This document shows, in pieces, positions 1-9,912 of a stretch of DNA of 64,000 bases (positions within the stretch are counted from its first letter, which is position 1; each line of letters starts with the position of its first letter). This DNA is from an uncultured Methanomassiliicoccales archaeon (GTDB taxonomy: Archaea > Thermoplasmatota > Thermoplasmata > Methanomassiliicoccales > UBA472): contig OY968769.1 of NCBI GenBank assembly GCA_963695345.1, positions 288,001 through 352,000 on the forward strand, given 5' to 3'. The translations under genes and the position numbers were made by a program. The notes beneath the pieces were generated by a model. The model ran no database searches. It had not been told where the DNA came from and saw only the letters and a list, made by a program, of their open reading frames with translations.

Positions 1-225
1 ATGATCAAAAACGTCCTGAACTTCATCCCGATCCCGATACTCACCAGGATAGTTGGAGATAATACTTTCCACGATTGCTCTGACCGGAAGGCATCGAGCT
101 AGGTAAAATGGTCCAGGAGGCGAAGCCGCGAGGCATGGATGAATGCGGTGCCACCGCCAAGTTCTTATCCTCGCAGGCCCAAACAGTTTAGCCCTGGTTG
201 ACCGTGTCGTCTCAGGGAGATTATC

Positions 226-840
226 ATGGTGGACTACGAAGCGCTGCTAACAAAGTTCCGGGCATGGACGGACGGTCTTGACCCGATCGAGAGCAGGATC
301 GCCCTCTTCGAGCGTGTACGGGACATCCCTTTCCGGCCCACCGTCAACCTTTACGGGGACCGGGACGCCCCGGAAAGGACCATCACCCACAACTATGGCA
401 GCAGCGAGGCGAAGAGCATCCTGCTCGGAACGCTCCTGGAGATGCTGAACATCCGGGTGATGTATGCCACCTATTCGTTCCGCTGGGAAAACCTCCGGGT
501 GGAGTTCCCCTCGAGCCTGAAACAGTACGTGAGGGCCATCCCGGTCTCCTTCCACACCGCGCTCAAGGCAGAGATCGACGGAGACCTGGTATTGATCGAC
601 CCGTCCTATGACCCGCCCCTGGCAAAGGCAGGGTTCCGGTTGAACCGCTCATGGGACGGAATGTCGGAGATGATGTTGGGAGTGGTGGAACGTGAAGAGA
701 TCGTGCATATCGACCAGAACGAGCGGGCGAAGTACGCCAAACTGCGTCACGATCACTACGACCCGGAACAGATCGATTCGCTCACGGAATTCTACGAGAA
801 GCTCAATCTTTGGCTTGAGACATTGAGGATAGAGAAGTGA
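226..840 (+). CDS. Transglutaminase-like (papain-fold) hypothetical protein
   Basis: RVRDIPF...GSSEAK...HTALK...IDPSYD resembles transglutaminase-like core; His and Asp present, Cys position reads Ser; GGAG upstream of ATG. Confidence 0.55.
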   Translation: MVDYEALLTKFRAWTDGLDPIESRIALFERVRDIPFRPTVNLYGDRDAPERTITHNYGSSEAKSILLGTLLEMLNIRVMYATYSFRWENLRVEFPSSLKQYVRAIPVSFHTALKAEIDGDLVLIDPSYDPPLAKAGFRLNRSWDGMSEMMLGVVEREEIVHIDQNERAKYAKLRHDHYDPEQIDSLTEFYEKLNLWLETLRIEK

Positions 841-842
841 AA

Positions 843-931
843 TGGAGCAGGGACCGCGATTTGAACACGGGTATGCGGATATCCGCCATTGAAGGCTGCA
901 GTCCGCCACATGGCCGCTCTGTCATCCCTGC
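843..931 (-). tRNA. tRNA-Cys(GCA) with 15-nt intron at 37/38 (intron 881-895), CCA encoded
   Basis: Reverse complement folds: acceptor GCAGGGA/TCCCTGC, anticodon stem GCGGA/TCCGC, loop CT-GCA-G[CCTTCAATGGCGGAT]A, T-arm CCGTG-TTCAAAT-CGCGG, discriminator T + CCA; CTGC pairs with intron GCGG giving bulge-helix-bulge. Confidence 0.93.
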
Positions 932-1014
932 GTATCGGGCTAAATCTGTTCAACATATATTAGTCTATCTTCTACTGGTCGTTTATGCGGAATCGGCCTT
1001 TTGCGAATAACAGG

Positions 1015-1902
1015 TCACTTCTTTATATGGGTCTCTTTCTTTGTCGCGGTGACTTTGGACGGCCTTTTGGTCGGTTTGGCCTTTTCTGCCTTCGGTTCCG
1101 GACCCTTGGTTGGGACGGGAGAGTCGAGCGCCTTGACCAAGATGTCGCCCAGCGCGTCCGACATCTTCCTCAGCTCCAACACCCTGGACTCAAGCTCCCT
1201 TCTGGAGATAATCTTGGGCCGGTCCTTGTTGACGCTGTAGGCGACGGAACCGTCGGTGAACGCCACGAATTCGACATGGGCTATGCTGTTCCGCAGCTGC
1301 CGGTCGCAGGCCCCTGAAACAATATCGAGGCCGTTGTCCTGGAGGAAGCGGAGCTTGTTCGCCAGGCTGTCCTCGGAGATGGCGTCCATCTCGGACGTCC
1401 CGGGCCGGCAGAAGCCGACGTCATACCGATGGCCGGACTTGGACAGCAATATGGTCAGGATGTTCAGCTGGGTGGTGTATATTCCCTCCACCAGCATGAG
1501 GTAGTAGTGGAGCATCAGCCGGGTCTCCTCCTCCGGGGTACGGGAATCGATGTCGTTCCCGTACTTCGTCATCAGGATGTAGTACTCGGTGGTGTTGTGC
1601 ATCTTGGCCTGCATCTGCGGCAACATCTGGCCCTGGATATGCTCGAGCACCTCCGGGTCCTTGACCTTGGCGAACAGGCCGGTCACCTTCGGGGTGATGG
1701 CCTTGCTCATCCCGGGATCCACCGGAGGGATCACCCGGTCCCAGCTGGCCTCGACGGAGGCGTCCCTCTGCCCTTCGTCCAACTGCGAATAGCGCTCATA
1801 ATCGGCCAAGCTTATGGCCTTCAACCTGGCCTCGAACAGCCGCCTTCTGAGCGAGCTTATGCTGACGCTTAGACCGTTACTAGACTGCATCCTATCCCGC
1901 AA
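1015..1902 (-). CDS. Hypothetical protein with RNSIAH (RxxxxH, HEPN-like) motif and Lys/Pro-rich tail
   Basis: 295-aa ORF with host-like codon usage; helical, LRNSIAH near C-terminus; start uncertain. Confidence 0.6.
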   Translation of the reverse strand: MRDRMQSSNGLSVSISSLRRRLFEARLKAISLADYERYSQLDEGQRDASVEASWDRVIPPVDPGMSKAITPKVTGLFAKVKDPEVLEHIQGQMLPQMQAKMHNTTEYYILMTKYGNDIDSRTPEEETRLMLHYYLMLVEGIYTTQLNILTILLSKSGHRYDVGFCRPGTSEMDAISEDSLANKLRFLQDNGLDIVSGACDRQLRNSIAHVEFVAFTDGSVAYSVNKDRPKIISRRELESRVLELRKMSDALGDILVKALDSPVPTKGPEPKAEKAKPTKRPSKVTATKKETHIKK

Positions 1903-2043
1903 GGATATGACCCGTTTGGGTTATGACCTTATCTGGACAAATTATCAGATCGGCAACGTCGCTGAATCTAACTATTGACGATGGACCTAGCATTTCACCA
2001 TATCGACCAGTATATCACCATTCCCCCATGATGGCCTTTTGGA

Positions 2044-2650
2044 TCAAGCACCATCAGCCCTCCTTCTCCTCAACAGCAGGAAACCGACAAACCCCAAGAC
2101 CCCGATCGCCGCCAGAACTGACACTATGATCAACCTCTCGGCCGGTGTAAGGGCCGCCGATCTTGACCACCGGTATCCCTATCGTCGAGACGACCGCGTT
2201 GGTCAGTGTCCTTTCCGGCACCGACGGGAAATAGACCGTGGCGAAGTTGACGATCACCGTTCCCTCCGGGGCATCCCCATTCACATTGATGCTTAAGTTG
2301 GCATATCCGCCCTGCTTGGGTCCCAGCTCCCCCACCTGCCAGGTGATCGTCCTGGTGGCTTGATCGTAGACACCGGGGCCGGAGATCTGAACGCCGGACG
2401 TGACATTGTGCACCGTCCCTATGATCAGGGAAGACGGGTCGAGCGAATCCGGAAGGACATCGGTGAAGTATACACCGTAAGCCGTTCCATTCCCCACATT
2501 CTCACATTCGATGCGGTATTCCATCTTCTGGCCGGCGCTGACATTCCCCTCCGGTCCGGTCATCATATTCGGATCCTTGGCTATGTGCAGAAGGTGCCAG
2601 AAGGCACTACCGATCGACCCCCCCAATCCGCCCCAGCCTCCCGATCCGGT
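2044..2650 (-). pseudogene. Internally deleted remnant of a surface protein (DUF11-like Ig domain, start of PKD-like domain, out-of-frame TM anchor)
   Basis: DPNMMTGP...YRIECENVGNGTAYGVYFTDVLPDSLD...WQVGEL, then GGPYTG; another frame gives LIIVSVLAAIGVLGFVGFLLLRRRRADGA*; no signal peptide. Confidence 0.65.
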
Positions 2651-2743
2651 GTCGATGCCGCTTTTCCGATAAAATCTCCGAAGCATTTAGCAAGTCAATG
2701 TTTATTTCGTGAAATCGCTATCATCCCTTGGGATGCATTCGAA

Positions 2744-3958
2744 TTGAAACGAAGAACGGTAGTAATACTCATTTTCTTCGTCGTTGCCGCATTGGTCATT
2801 CTGGCGACGGTCAAGCCATTGCCCAGTGTCGCAGAGAATGGTAAGGAAGCTGCGGCATCGGTGAAGACCCTATACTGTGATTCCAACGTCGCCACCGTCG
2901 GCCTCAATGGGTCATGCTCAGATATATTGCAGCTCAACGGGGCGGTAATCATCATCCATGAGACCAATTTCACCGGAACGGCAAGTAGTATTTCGTGGAC
3001 GATCGGGTCGAATGAGTGGCAAGGTTCTGTGCGCAATATCGGGGCCATCAATCTCACACTGACCATCGTCGACATTGACGGTGATCGAATGATGGATCTG
3101 GGCGACCGTATCGAGGTAAGGAGGGATGGCCGCACCAACGTTTCCCTGTCGCTGTTCTTCGATATCAGGTTCGCTGGAGGCCAGGAGGCTAACTGCACCT
3201 TCACCTACCAAGGGAAGGACACAATAGCCACCATGGTCAGCTTCATTGATGTGGGGCAGGGCGATTCGATCCTGATCATGACCGCTGACGGTCATACCAT
3301 GCTGATCGACGCCGGACCGCCGCTGGCGGCCGGGGCGCTGCTCTCTTACCTGAACAACCGGTCGGTAACGGTCATCGATGCCCTCGTGATCACCCATCCC
3401 GACTCCGACCACCTGGGAGGGGCGGACGATGTGCTCAGGGCTTTCACCGTGCTTTCCATCTACCATCCCGGTATCGCGAAGAACACCTCCGCTTACTTTT
3501 CGTTCATCCATGCGGCACAGGACGAGGGTTGCCCTATCCATACCGCTGCCGACACCCATCCGGGCGACCTTCTCACGCTCTCTTCCTCAGTTACCGTCGA
3601 GGTCCTGAACATCGATCCGGCCGCTAAGGACGTCAACGATGCGAGCATCGTGCTGGAGATGCGTACGCCGGGCAAAAGCTTCCTGTTCACCGGCGACATC
3701 AGCAGTGAGGTGGAAGGCAGGCTCATCGCCAACCATTCCTTCAATCTCGATGTCGACGTTTTGAAGGTTGGACACCATGGCAGCAGGTATTCCACCAGCA
3801 ATGCCTTCCTGGAAGCCGCCAGTCCAGAGACGGCGGTTATATGCGTTGGAGATAACACCTACGGGCATCCCACCAACGAGACCCTGACCAGGCTTTCCGT
3901 CCATGACGTCACCGTCCTACGGACCGACCAGATAGGAACGATAGATATCGCCGCATAG
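2744..3958 (+). CDS. Membrane-anchored ComEC/Rec2-type metallo-beta-lactamase nuclease with extra N-terminal beta domain
   Basis: FIDVGQGDS, LIDAG, THPDSDHLGG, NDASIV, LFTGD, LKVGHHGS, YGHP; likely TTG start at 2744 followed by KRR + hydrophobic helix. Confidence 0.85.
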   Translation: MKRRTVVILIFFVVAALVILATVKPLPSVAENGKEAAASVKTLYCDSNVATVGLNGSCSDILQLNGAVIIIHETNFTGTASSISWTIGSNEWQGSVRNIGAINLTLTIVDIDGDRMMDLGDRIEVRRDGRTNVSLSLFFDIRFAGGQEANCTFTYQGKDTIATMVSFIDVGQGDSILIMTADGHTMLIDAGPPLAAGALLSYLNNRSVTVIDALVITHPDSDHLGGADDVLRAFTVLSIYHPGIAKNTSAYFSFIHAAQDEGCPIHTAADTHPGDLLTLSSSVTVEVLNIDPAAKDVNDASIVLEMRTPGKSFLFTGDISSEVEGRLIANHSFNLDVDVLKVGHHGSRYSTSNAFLEAASPETAVICVGDNTYGHPTNETLTRLSVHDVTVLRTDQIGTIDIAA

Positions 3959-4697
3959 CTGTGAACACAACTCTAAAATCAGCACCCCATGGTTCGCCCG
4001 GAAAGTAGATGAGGAGAGAGGTGAAGGAGGCCATTGCTGGTGTTCTGCTCATCATTTCATTTCTTTCGTTGATCTGGTGCAACGGTCGGAACCTACCCGG
4101 TCCAGCTTCTCCTTTCTTCTGTTCATGACCCTACCTGGGTCAATGGTGTTAATAAGCATGATAGCGCTTGTTTCACATTCGAGACCGGATGGAGGATGTC
4201 GGGTATGGAGGATGAGTGGACCGTCGCGACCCTGTTCTAGCCAGAGATGCTTTTCTACAGGCACATGACGAACCATGAACGGGATCGGGCAGATGAGGAA
4301 ACGGATCTGGAAAGGGATGATGGGTACTACCGTTACGACAATGATTGACTTCTAGGAACCATAATATTGTTGGACCTTCGGGTCTTGATTACCCGCATTT
4401 CTCGCTCAATCGTTGAACATTCCTTTATGATTGCGGACCTTGCGAAGCACTGACATTACCTGGATCCATTCGAACATCACTACTTTTTGTTAACGGAGGG
4501 GCTGGACGCTCGATGCAGCCTAAGGCAAGAACGCCGTGTGGTCTCGGAAATGTACAACACTGAGAACCGACACGAATGAGACATCCGATTTGGGAAATCT
4601 CGACATTGTTTCAACGGTCGTTGAGGAAAGAAAGAGGAAAGAGCAATCTATAAGTCCGTCGGCGTCAAATATTTCTAACAGCAACAAGGGTGAGCAA

Positions 4698-4967
4698 ATG
4701 AAATTCATATATCTGGTCAAGTTTAAGAAGAAGGTCACTAGGGACGACATAGCCCAGAACCTGAAGCTGTCCGAGAAAGAAGCGATCAATGAAGGCGTAA
4801 GAATGATCGACGCTTACTGGACCCTTGGTCGCTACGAAGCGGTGGTCATCATGGACGCTCCAGATGAAAAGGCGATCATGAGGACATTGCTAAGACGGCA
4901 GGATAGCATGACAGTCGAGACCCTGGTCGCGATTCCGGCGGTTGATGCAAGGAAGCTTGTAGAGTAA
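4698..4967 (+). CDS. GYD domain-containing protein
   Basis: YWTLGRYEAVVIMDAPD and TETL-like VETLVA motifs; GGTGA RBS before ATG 4698. Confidence 0.85.
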   Translation: MKFIYLVKFKKKVTRDDIAQNLKLSEKEAINEGVRMIDAYWTLGRYEAVVIMDAPDEKAIMRTLLRRQDSMTVETLVAIPAVDARKLVE

Positions 4968-5137
4968 CTCCGAAAATGCCTTCTTACTGATCCAAAGAAA
5001 GCGCTGGAATCTGTTAATAACGTTCGTACCTAGACGGACCGATAGATCAGAGCTCGACATCGGCTGCATTTCTTCCGCCTAGGCTCATGAACCAACAAAG
5101 AGTCAAAATTAATATCGACATGACTTACCTTTGGAGG

Positions 5138-6017
5138 ATGAACCCGGACCACTGCAAGGACGTTTCGCTGCGCCACGTCGATTTCCCCCTTACCGAAGAG
5201 AACATCTCCAGGGACATTGTCGGGAAGAAGGCCTACACCCGAACCGATTTCATGATACTGAAACACGGGGACGAGGTCGCGGTCATAAATGTGATCAAAG
5301 GCACAAGGTAAGGACCTTTTCCGGCCCATCACCGATCACAGGATAGTCTCACTTCCAGCGGATACGGTCTACTTGCGGGACGAAGGGATCGATGTGCTGA
5401 ACGCGTCGCACATGGCGCGCAAGGTGAGGGAGCACCCGGGTAAGACCGTGGTGGTTTCGGGAATGTTCAACCACGTGTCGTTCCTGCAGGAGGAGAACCT
5501 GCTGGACCTGTTCGTGGTGGATGTGGTCCCGCCCTCACCCTCAAAGCTATCGGTGCTGGTCGAGCGGGCGTTCTCAACCGGACTGGTGGAATTGCCGATC
5601 GTGCCGCATTACCAGGACATCGACCTGAACGAGCTGGAAGGAAATGTGGGAACCGAAGCGGTGATGTTCCCCTGCAGAGCGTCCGGGCTGGAATCCAAAC
5701 GCGAGGTCTACTTCCTGGACGAGACCCCTGATCTCAAGGAAGAGGTTACTCTCATAGGGTGCGACCTGTCGAGGAGGATCTTCAACTCGATCTACAGAAA
5801 GGAACCTACCTCCCTGGACATGTGCCCCCGGAACCTGGCGGTGATGAAAGGAAAGACACTGGTGAAATGCTGTGCCGTGAAGGAAGGTTTCGTGATCGAT
5901 GGACAGATGGCGTCAGTGCCTTGGGGGGCGACGGTGCTTGACGTGGTCGGAGCCATCAACTCTCTTTTCGGACACCGACCTTACGGCCCGCTTGTGCTCG
6001 GACGGGCGGACCCCTGA
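5138..6017 (+). CDS. Conserved hypothetical Cys-rich protein (one frameshift at ~5305)
   Basis: Removing one A at ~5305 joins ORFs 5087-5311 and 5373-6017 (KGTGKDLFRPI...); Cys motifs HCK, FPCRASG, IGCDLS, DMCP, VKCC. Confidence 0.7.
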
Positions 6018-6455
6018 GAGCTGCCTGGCCTTTTTCAGGGCGGCGAATCCCTCCTCTTTCCTGCCGGTCTTCATCAGGACCTCGCCGTAGACGTACCAGG
6101 CGTCCGCGTCGTCCGGCTCGATCTCGAAATGTCCCTCGAGCCAGGATATGGCACCGATGAGATCGTCCCTGGCGATCATGTCCCTGGCCCTCTGGGCCGC
6201 GGTCTTCTCGGAAAGGATCTTCGCCTTCATCGCGTCCATGATCTCCTCCTTGACCACATCCAGCGCGTGGACGGAAAGCCACGGGTATTTCACCGAGAGG
6301 TTTTCCCGCAGCTCCTCCCACCTTTCCGGCACAAGATGGAAGGTCCGGTCCCGGAAAACGGAGTAAGGTACGTTGATGACCATCTTGCCATGGCATACTG
6401 GCAGGAAGTTCGGGTTCTCCGACGGACGCTCAACCCCTCGGTTTGGGATGGCCAT
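5913..6455 (-). CDS. Small tetratricopeptide-repeat protein
   Basis: EPDDADAWYVYGEVLMKTGRKEEGFAALKKA is a TPR unit; start may be 6383. Confidence 0.7.
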   Translation of the reverse strand: MAIPNRGVERPSENPNFLPVCHGKMVINVPYSVFRDRTFHLVPERWEELRENLSVKYPWLSVHALDVVKEEIMDAMKAKILSEKTAAQRARDMIARDDLIGAISWLEGHFEIEPDDADAWYVYGEVLMKTGRKEEGFAALKKARQLSGVRPSEHKRAVRSVSEKRVDGSDHVKHRRPPRH

Positions 6456-6549
6456 GCGCCATAAAAATGAGGAGTCAATATTAGCGTTTTGCTGCTCGAT
6501 CAGGGTAGTTCACGAAAGAATAATTATCACGGTCGAATTAGGGATTCGC

Positions 6550-7710
6550 ATGGACATGATCGCCCTCGGGCCGCACAACCCCAGACTGGACATCAAGGAT
6601 GTCGTAGTATACGATTCGACCTTGAGGGATGGGGAACAGACGCCCGGGATCGTCTTCAGCGAGGAGCAGAAGCTCACCATCGCCCGCAAGCTGGACGAAA
6701 TGCATGTCCCAGAGATCGAGGCAGGATTCCCCGCCGTTTCCGAGAACGAGAAGAACATCGTCAAGGCCATCACCTCGCTTGGTCTCGACGCCCGGATATT
6801 GACACTTTCCCGGATCAACAGATCGGACATCGATGCCTGCGTCGATGCCGGTTCGGACCTGGCCCTTCTGTTCATAGGGACTTCGGACATCCACCTGAAG
6901 TACAAGTTCAACAAGCCCCAGGAGTTCGTCCTGGAAAAGATCGCGGAAGGGCTTGACTACTGCCATGAAAGGGGGATCGCCGCGGCACTTTCCGCAGAGG
7001 ATTCGACCCGCACGGATATGGATTTCCTGCTCGAGGTCTATCGGAAGGCAGAAGAGTGTCACGCGACCCGGATCGGGGTCACGGACACATTGGGATGTGC
7101 CTCACCAGAGGCCATATTCAATATCGTCACCACGGTCAAGGCCCAATTGAGGACTCCCGTCTCGGTGCATCTGCACAACGATTTCGGACTGGCGCTGGCA
7201 AACGCGATCGCCGGCGTCAAGGCGGGGGCGAAGGCCGTCACCACCACGGTCAACGGCATCGGCGAGCGCGCGGGGAACGTCCCGTTAGAACAGTTCGTCT
7301 CGTCCATGAAGTATGTCTACCGCTGCGACCTGGGCATCGATACCACCAAGCTCAAGGGGCTTTCCGACCTGGTCAGCGAGTACTCCGGTCTGGGGTTACC
7401 GAAGAATCAGCCTCTGGTAGGCCAGAACGTATTCTCCCACGAGTCCGGCATACACGTGGCGGCGGTGCTTAACTGTCCCATGACCTACGAGCCGATCCCG
7501 CCGGAGGAGGTCGGTAACAAGCGGCACCTGATCATGGGCAAGAAGACCGGCCTGAACTACGTACGCAAGCGCGTCGAGGACCTCAAGCTGAGCGCCACCG
7601 AGGAACAGCTGGCCAAGCTGCTATGCGAAGTGAAGAAGCTCGGGGAGAAGAAGGGACGGGTCTCCGATGAGGAGTTCAGGCACCTGGTGTCCATGGTCCT
7701 GAACGGATGA
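6550..7710 (+). CDS. Homocitrate synthase (AksA-like) / isopropylmalate-citramalate synthase family, no regulatory domain
   Basis: DSTLRDGEQTPG, EAGFP, HLHNDFGLA, GIGERAGN, HESGIH. Confidence 0.88.
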   Translation: MDMIALGPHNPRLDIKDVVVYDSTLRDGEQTPGIVFSEEQKLTIARKLDEMHVPEIEAGFPAVSENEKNIVKAITSLGLDARILTLSRINRSDIDACVDAGSDLALLFIGTSDIHLKYKFNKPQEFVLEKIAEGLDYCHERGIAAALSAEDSTRTDMDFLLEVYRKAEECHATRIGVTDTLGCASPEAIFNIVTTVKAQLRTPVSVHLHNDFGLALANAIAGVKAGAKAVTTTVNGIGERAGNVPLEQFVSSMKYVYRCDLGIDTTKLKGLSDLVSEYSGLGLPKNQPLVGQNVFSHESGIHVAAVLNCPMTYEPIPPEEVGNKRHLIMGKKTGLNYVRKRVEDLKLSATEEQLAKLLCEVKKLGEKKGRVSDEEFRHLVSMVLNG

Positions 7711-7716
7711 AGCGGT

Positions 7717-8487
7717 TTACAGCCTTACCTGTTGGCCCGCCTCGTTCCGGCGGAACTTGCCGAACTCGATCATCCTCTGCGCCTGCTCGCCGGTGAACAC
7801 CGGCCCGTCGACGCATACCCTCTTCTCGTCCAGGGCACACGATCCGCAAAGACCGGCACCGCATTTCATGTAGCGTTCAAGAGAGAGCTCGCACTTGATG
7901 CTGTGCCTCTGCAGAAGCGGGAGCAGATAGAACATCATCTTCTCCGGACCGCAAGCCAGAACGAAATCGTAGCTTTTCTGGGAAAGCATGTCGGCCACCA
8001 GGTCGACGGCCGTTCCCTTCAGCCCGTCCGTCCCGTCGTCGGTCGACGTGCGCACGTTCCCGGAGGCGGCCTTGGCCCGGTCGATGAACAGCAGCTCCGA
8101 GACGTTCCTGGCTCCGATGGCCACGTCCACCCGTGATGGGTCACCGATGGCCTCCACCGCCGGCAGCAGCGATGCCATGCCGGTGCCGCCGCCTACCACC
8201 AGTATCCTTCCGTCGTGGATGGTGTAGCCGTGCCCATACGGACCGCGCACTCCGATCCTGTCACCCGAACGGAGGTTGCACAAAGCCTTCGTCGCTGGTC
8301 CCACCTCCTTTACCGTGATGCCTTTCCGGCCGTCGCAGTACGAGGCGGACATGGGGATCTCGTCAACGCCCGGTAGCCAGACCATGAAGAACTGACCCGG
8401 CGCTACCTTGTGGCGATACTCGAAACGGAGCGTTCTGACGCCTTTGCCCACTTCTTCCGATTGCAGAATGTCCACAATCTCAGGCAT
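7717..8487 (-). CDS. pyrK: Dihydroorotate dehydrogenase electron-transfer subunit
   Basis: PGQFFMVW, RGPYG, GGGTG, ACGP, ERYMKCGAGLCGSC...CVDGPVF; overlaps pyrD stop. Confidence 0.93.
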   Translation of the reverse strand: MPEIVDILQSEEVGKGVRTLRFEYRHKVAPGQFFMVWLPGVDEIPMSASYCDGRKGITVKEVGPATKALCNLRSGDRIGVRGPYGHGYTIHDGRILVVGGGTGMASLLPAVEAIGDPSRVDVAIGARNVSELLFIDRAKAASGNVRTSTDDGTDGLKGTAVDLVADMLSQKSYDFVLACGPEKMMFYLLPLLQRHSIKCELSLERYMKCGAGLCGSCALDEKRVCVDGPVFTGEQAQRMIEFGKFRRNEAGQQVRL

Positions 8488-9407
8488 GTTCGTGCGCCAC
8501 CCCCACAAGTCCCTGTATGCCGCCGCATCGCTCCTGTTCCACATATCTTTCCAGCCCCGCGGTGATCTCGGAGAACACGCCGATGCCGCGCCTTCCGATG
8601 GCGCTTCCGATCTGGACCGCGCTCGCACCGGCCATTATGTATTCGAGCGCATCCCTCCAGGTCTCTACTCCGCCAACTCCCGACGATCGGTATCTCCAGG
8701 GCGGCGTACAGATCGAACACGCAGCGCAGCCCGACCGGCTTCACCGCCGGACCGGAAAGGCCGCCGAACCGGTTGCTGAGGACCGGTCGCTTGAACTCGA
8801 CCGAGATGACGATGGCCTTGAGCGTGTTGATCGCCACGACCGCGTCACCGCCGGCCTTCTCCACCGCCTTGCCGACCTCCACCAGCCGGTGCGTGTTCGG
8901 GGTCAGCTTGGCGAACACGGGAATCGTGACCGCGTCCTTGCAGCCCTTCACGATGGCCGACACTACCTCCGGGTCGATCCCCATCTCCATTCCGTATCCA
9001 TGAGCATGCGGACAGGACAGGTTCAGCTCCACCGCCGATGCCCCGTACTCTTCCATCTTAGAACTCAAGAAAGCGAAGTCCTTGGCACTGGAAGCGAAGA
9101 TCGATCCGATGATCGGGACGTTGCCCTTCTTCGCCGTTTCCATCTCGATGCGGAAATCGTCGATCCCCGGACCGGGCAGGCCCATGGCGTTAACGTAACC
9201 GTCTTCGAGCTCGACCAGGGTCGGGTTGCCGTACCCGCTCCGCGGCTCCATGCCGATGGACTTGGTGACCAGCGCCCCTGCGCCGGCGGAGGCGACGCTG
9301 AGCAGCGAACCGCCGGTCTCGCCCACCATACCGGACGCCAGCATGGTCGGGTTCTTCAAACGAACGCCGGCCACATCGACCTGCAACGAGGACATGATGG
9401 TGGGCAT
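8480..9407 (-). CDS. pyrD: Dihydroorotate dehydrogenase B catalytic subunit (frameshift at ~8680)
   Basis: LKNPTMLASG, VTKS, NAMGL, ELNLSCPH, AKLTPN, INT, GGLSG; C-terminus LVGVAHEHA* in shifted frame. Confidence 0.92.
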
Positions 9408-9464
9408 AGCCTCTGGACTAATAACATCTTCGCCATTTGAAAGCCAGCGCCCTTACGGCGTCTT

Positions 9465-9911
9465 TCAGGTCGGCCTTATGGGTGCTCCGACAACGCATTG
9501 GTCGACGCGTTCATCGATAGCCGGCGGTGCCTCCGACCCCCTCCCCTTCTTGACCAGGTATTCCCGGATGGCCATGCGCAATGCGTCCGCCCCCAGGTTG
9601 GAGCATTCCATCTTCCCTGGTGGCAATCCATCCAACGCATTCGCCACATCCTCCCGGGTCAGCTGCAGTGCCTGCTTCAGGGTCATCCCCTTGGCCATCT
9701 CGGTGACCTTGCTCGATGTGGCGATGGCGGCCGCGCATCCCATGGTCTTGAACTTAACATCGGTGAGCACGTCGTTCTCCACCCTGATGTAGATGTGGAC
9801 CAGGTCCCCGTCGGCCGGGTTGCCCACCTTGCCGACGCCGTCGGCATCCGGTATCTCCCCCACGTTCCTCGGGTTCGTGAAATGGTCCAGTACTTTGCGC
9901 GAATAGCCCAT
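9465..9911 (-). CDS. iscU: IscU/NifU-type Fe-S scaffold (first Cys replaced by Asp)
   Basis: YSRKVLDHFTNPRNVG, GNPADGD, MGCAAAIA, LPPGKMECS. Confidence 0.9.
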   Translation of the reverse strand: MGYSRKVLDHFTNPRNVGEIPDADGVGKVGNPADGDLVHIYIRVENDVLTDVKFKTMGCAAAIATSSKVTEMAKGMTLKQALQLTREDVANALDGLPPGKMECSNLGADALRMAIREYLVKKGRGSEAPPAIDERVDQCVVGAPIRPT

Positions 9912-9912
9912 G

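Noticed and set aside
2360-2743. Long N-terminal extension of the ComEC-like ORF
   Set aside because: Overlaps the opposite-strand remnant; a signal-anchor begins at TTG 2744
4052-4350. Possible degraded CAAX-protease (CPBP) remnant (GPLILHT) on the minus strand
   Set aside because: Too short and degenerate to support
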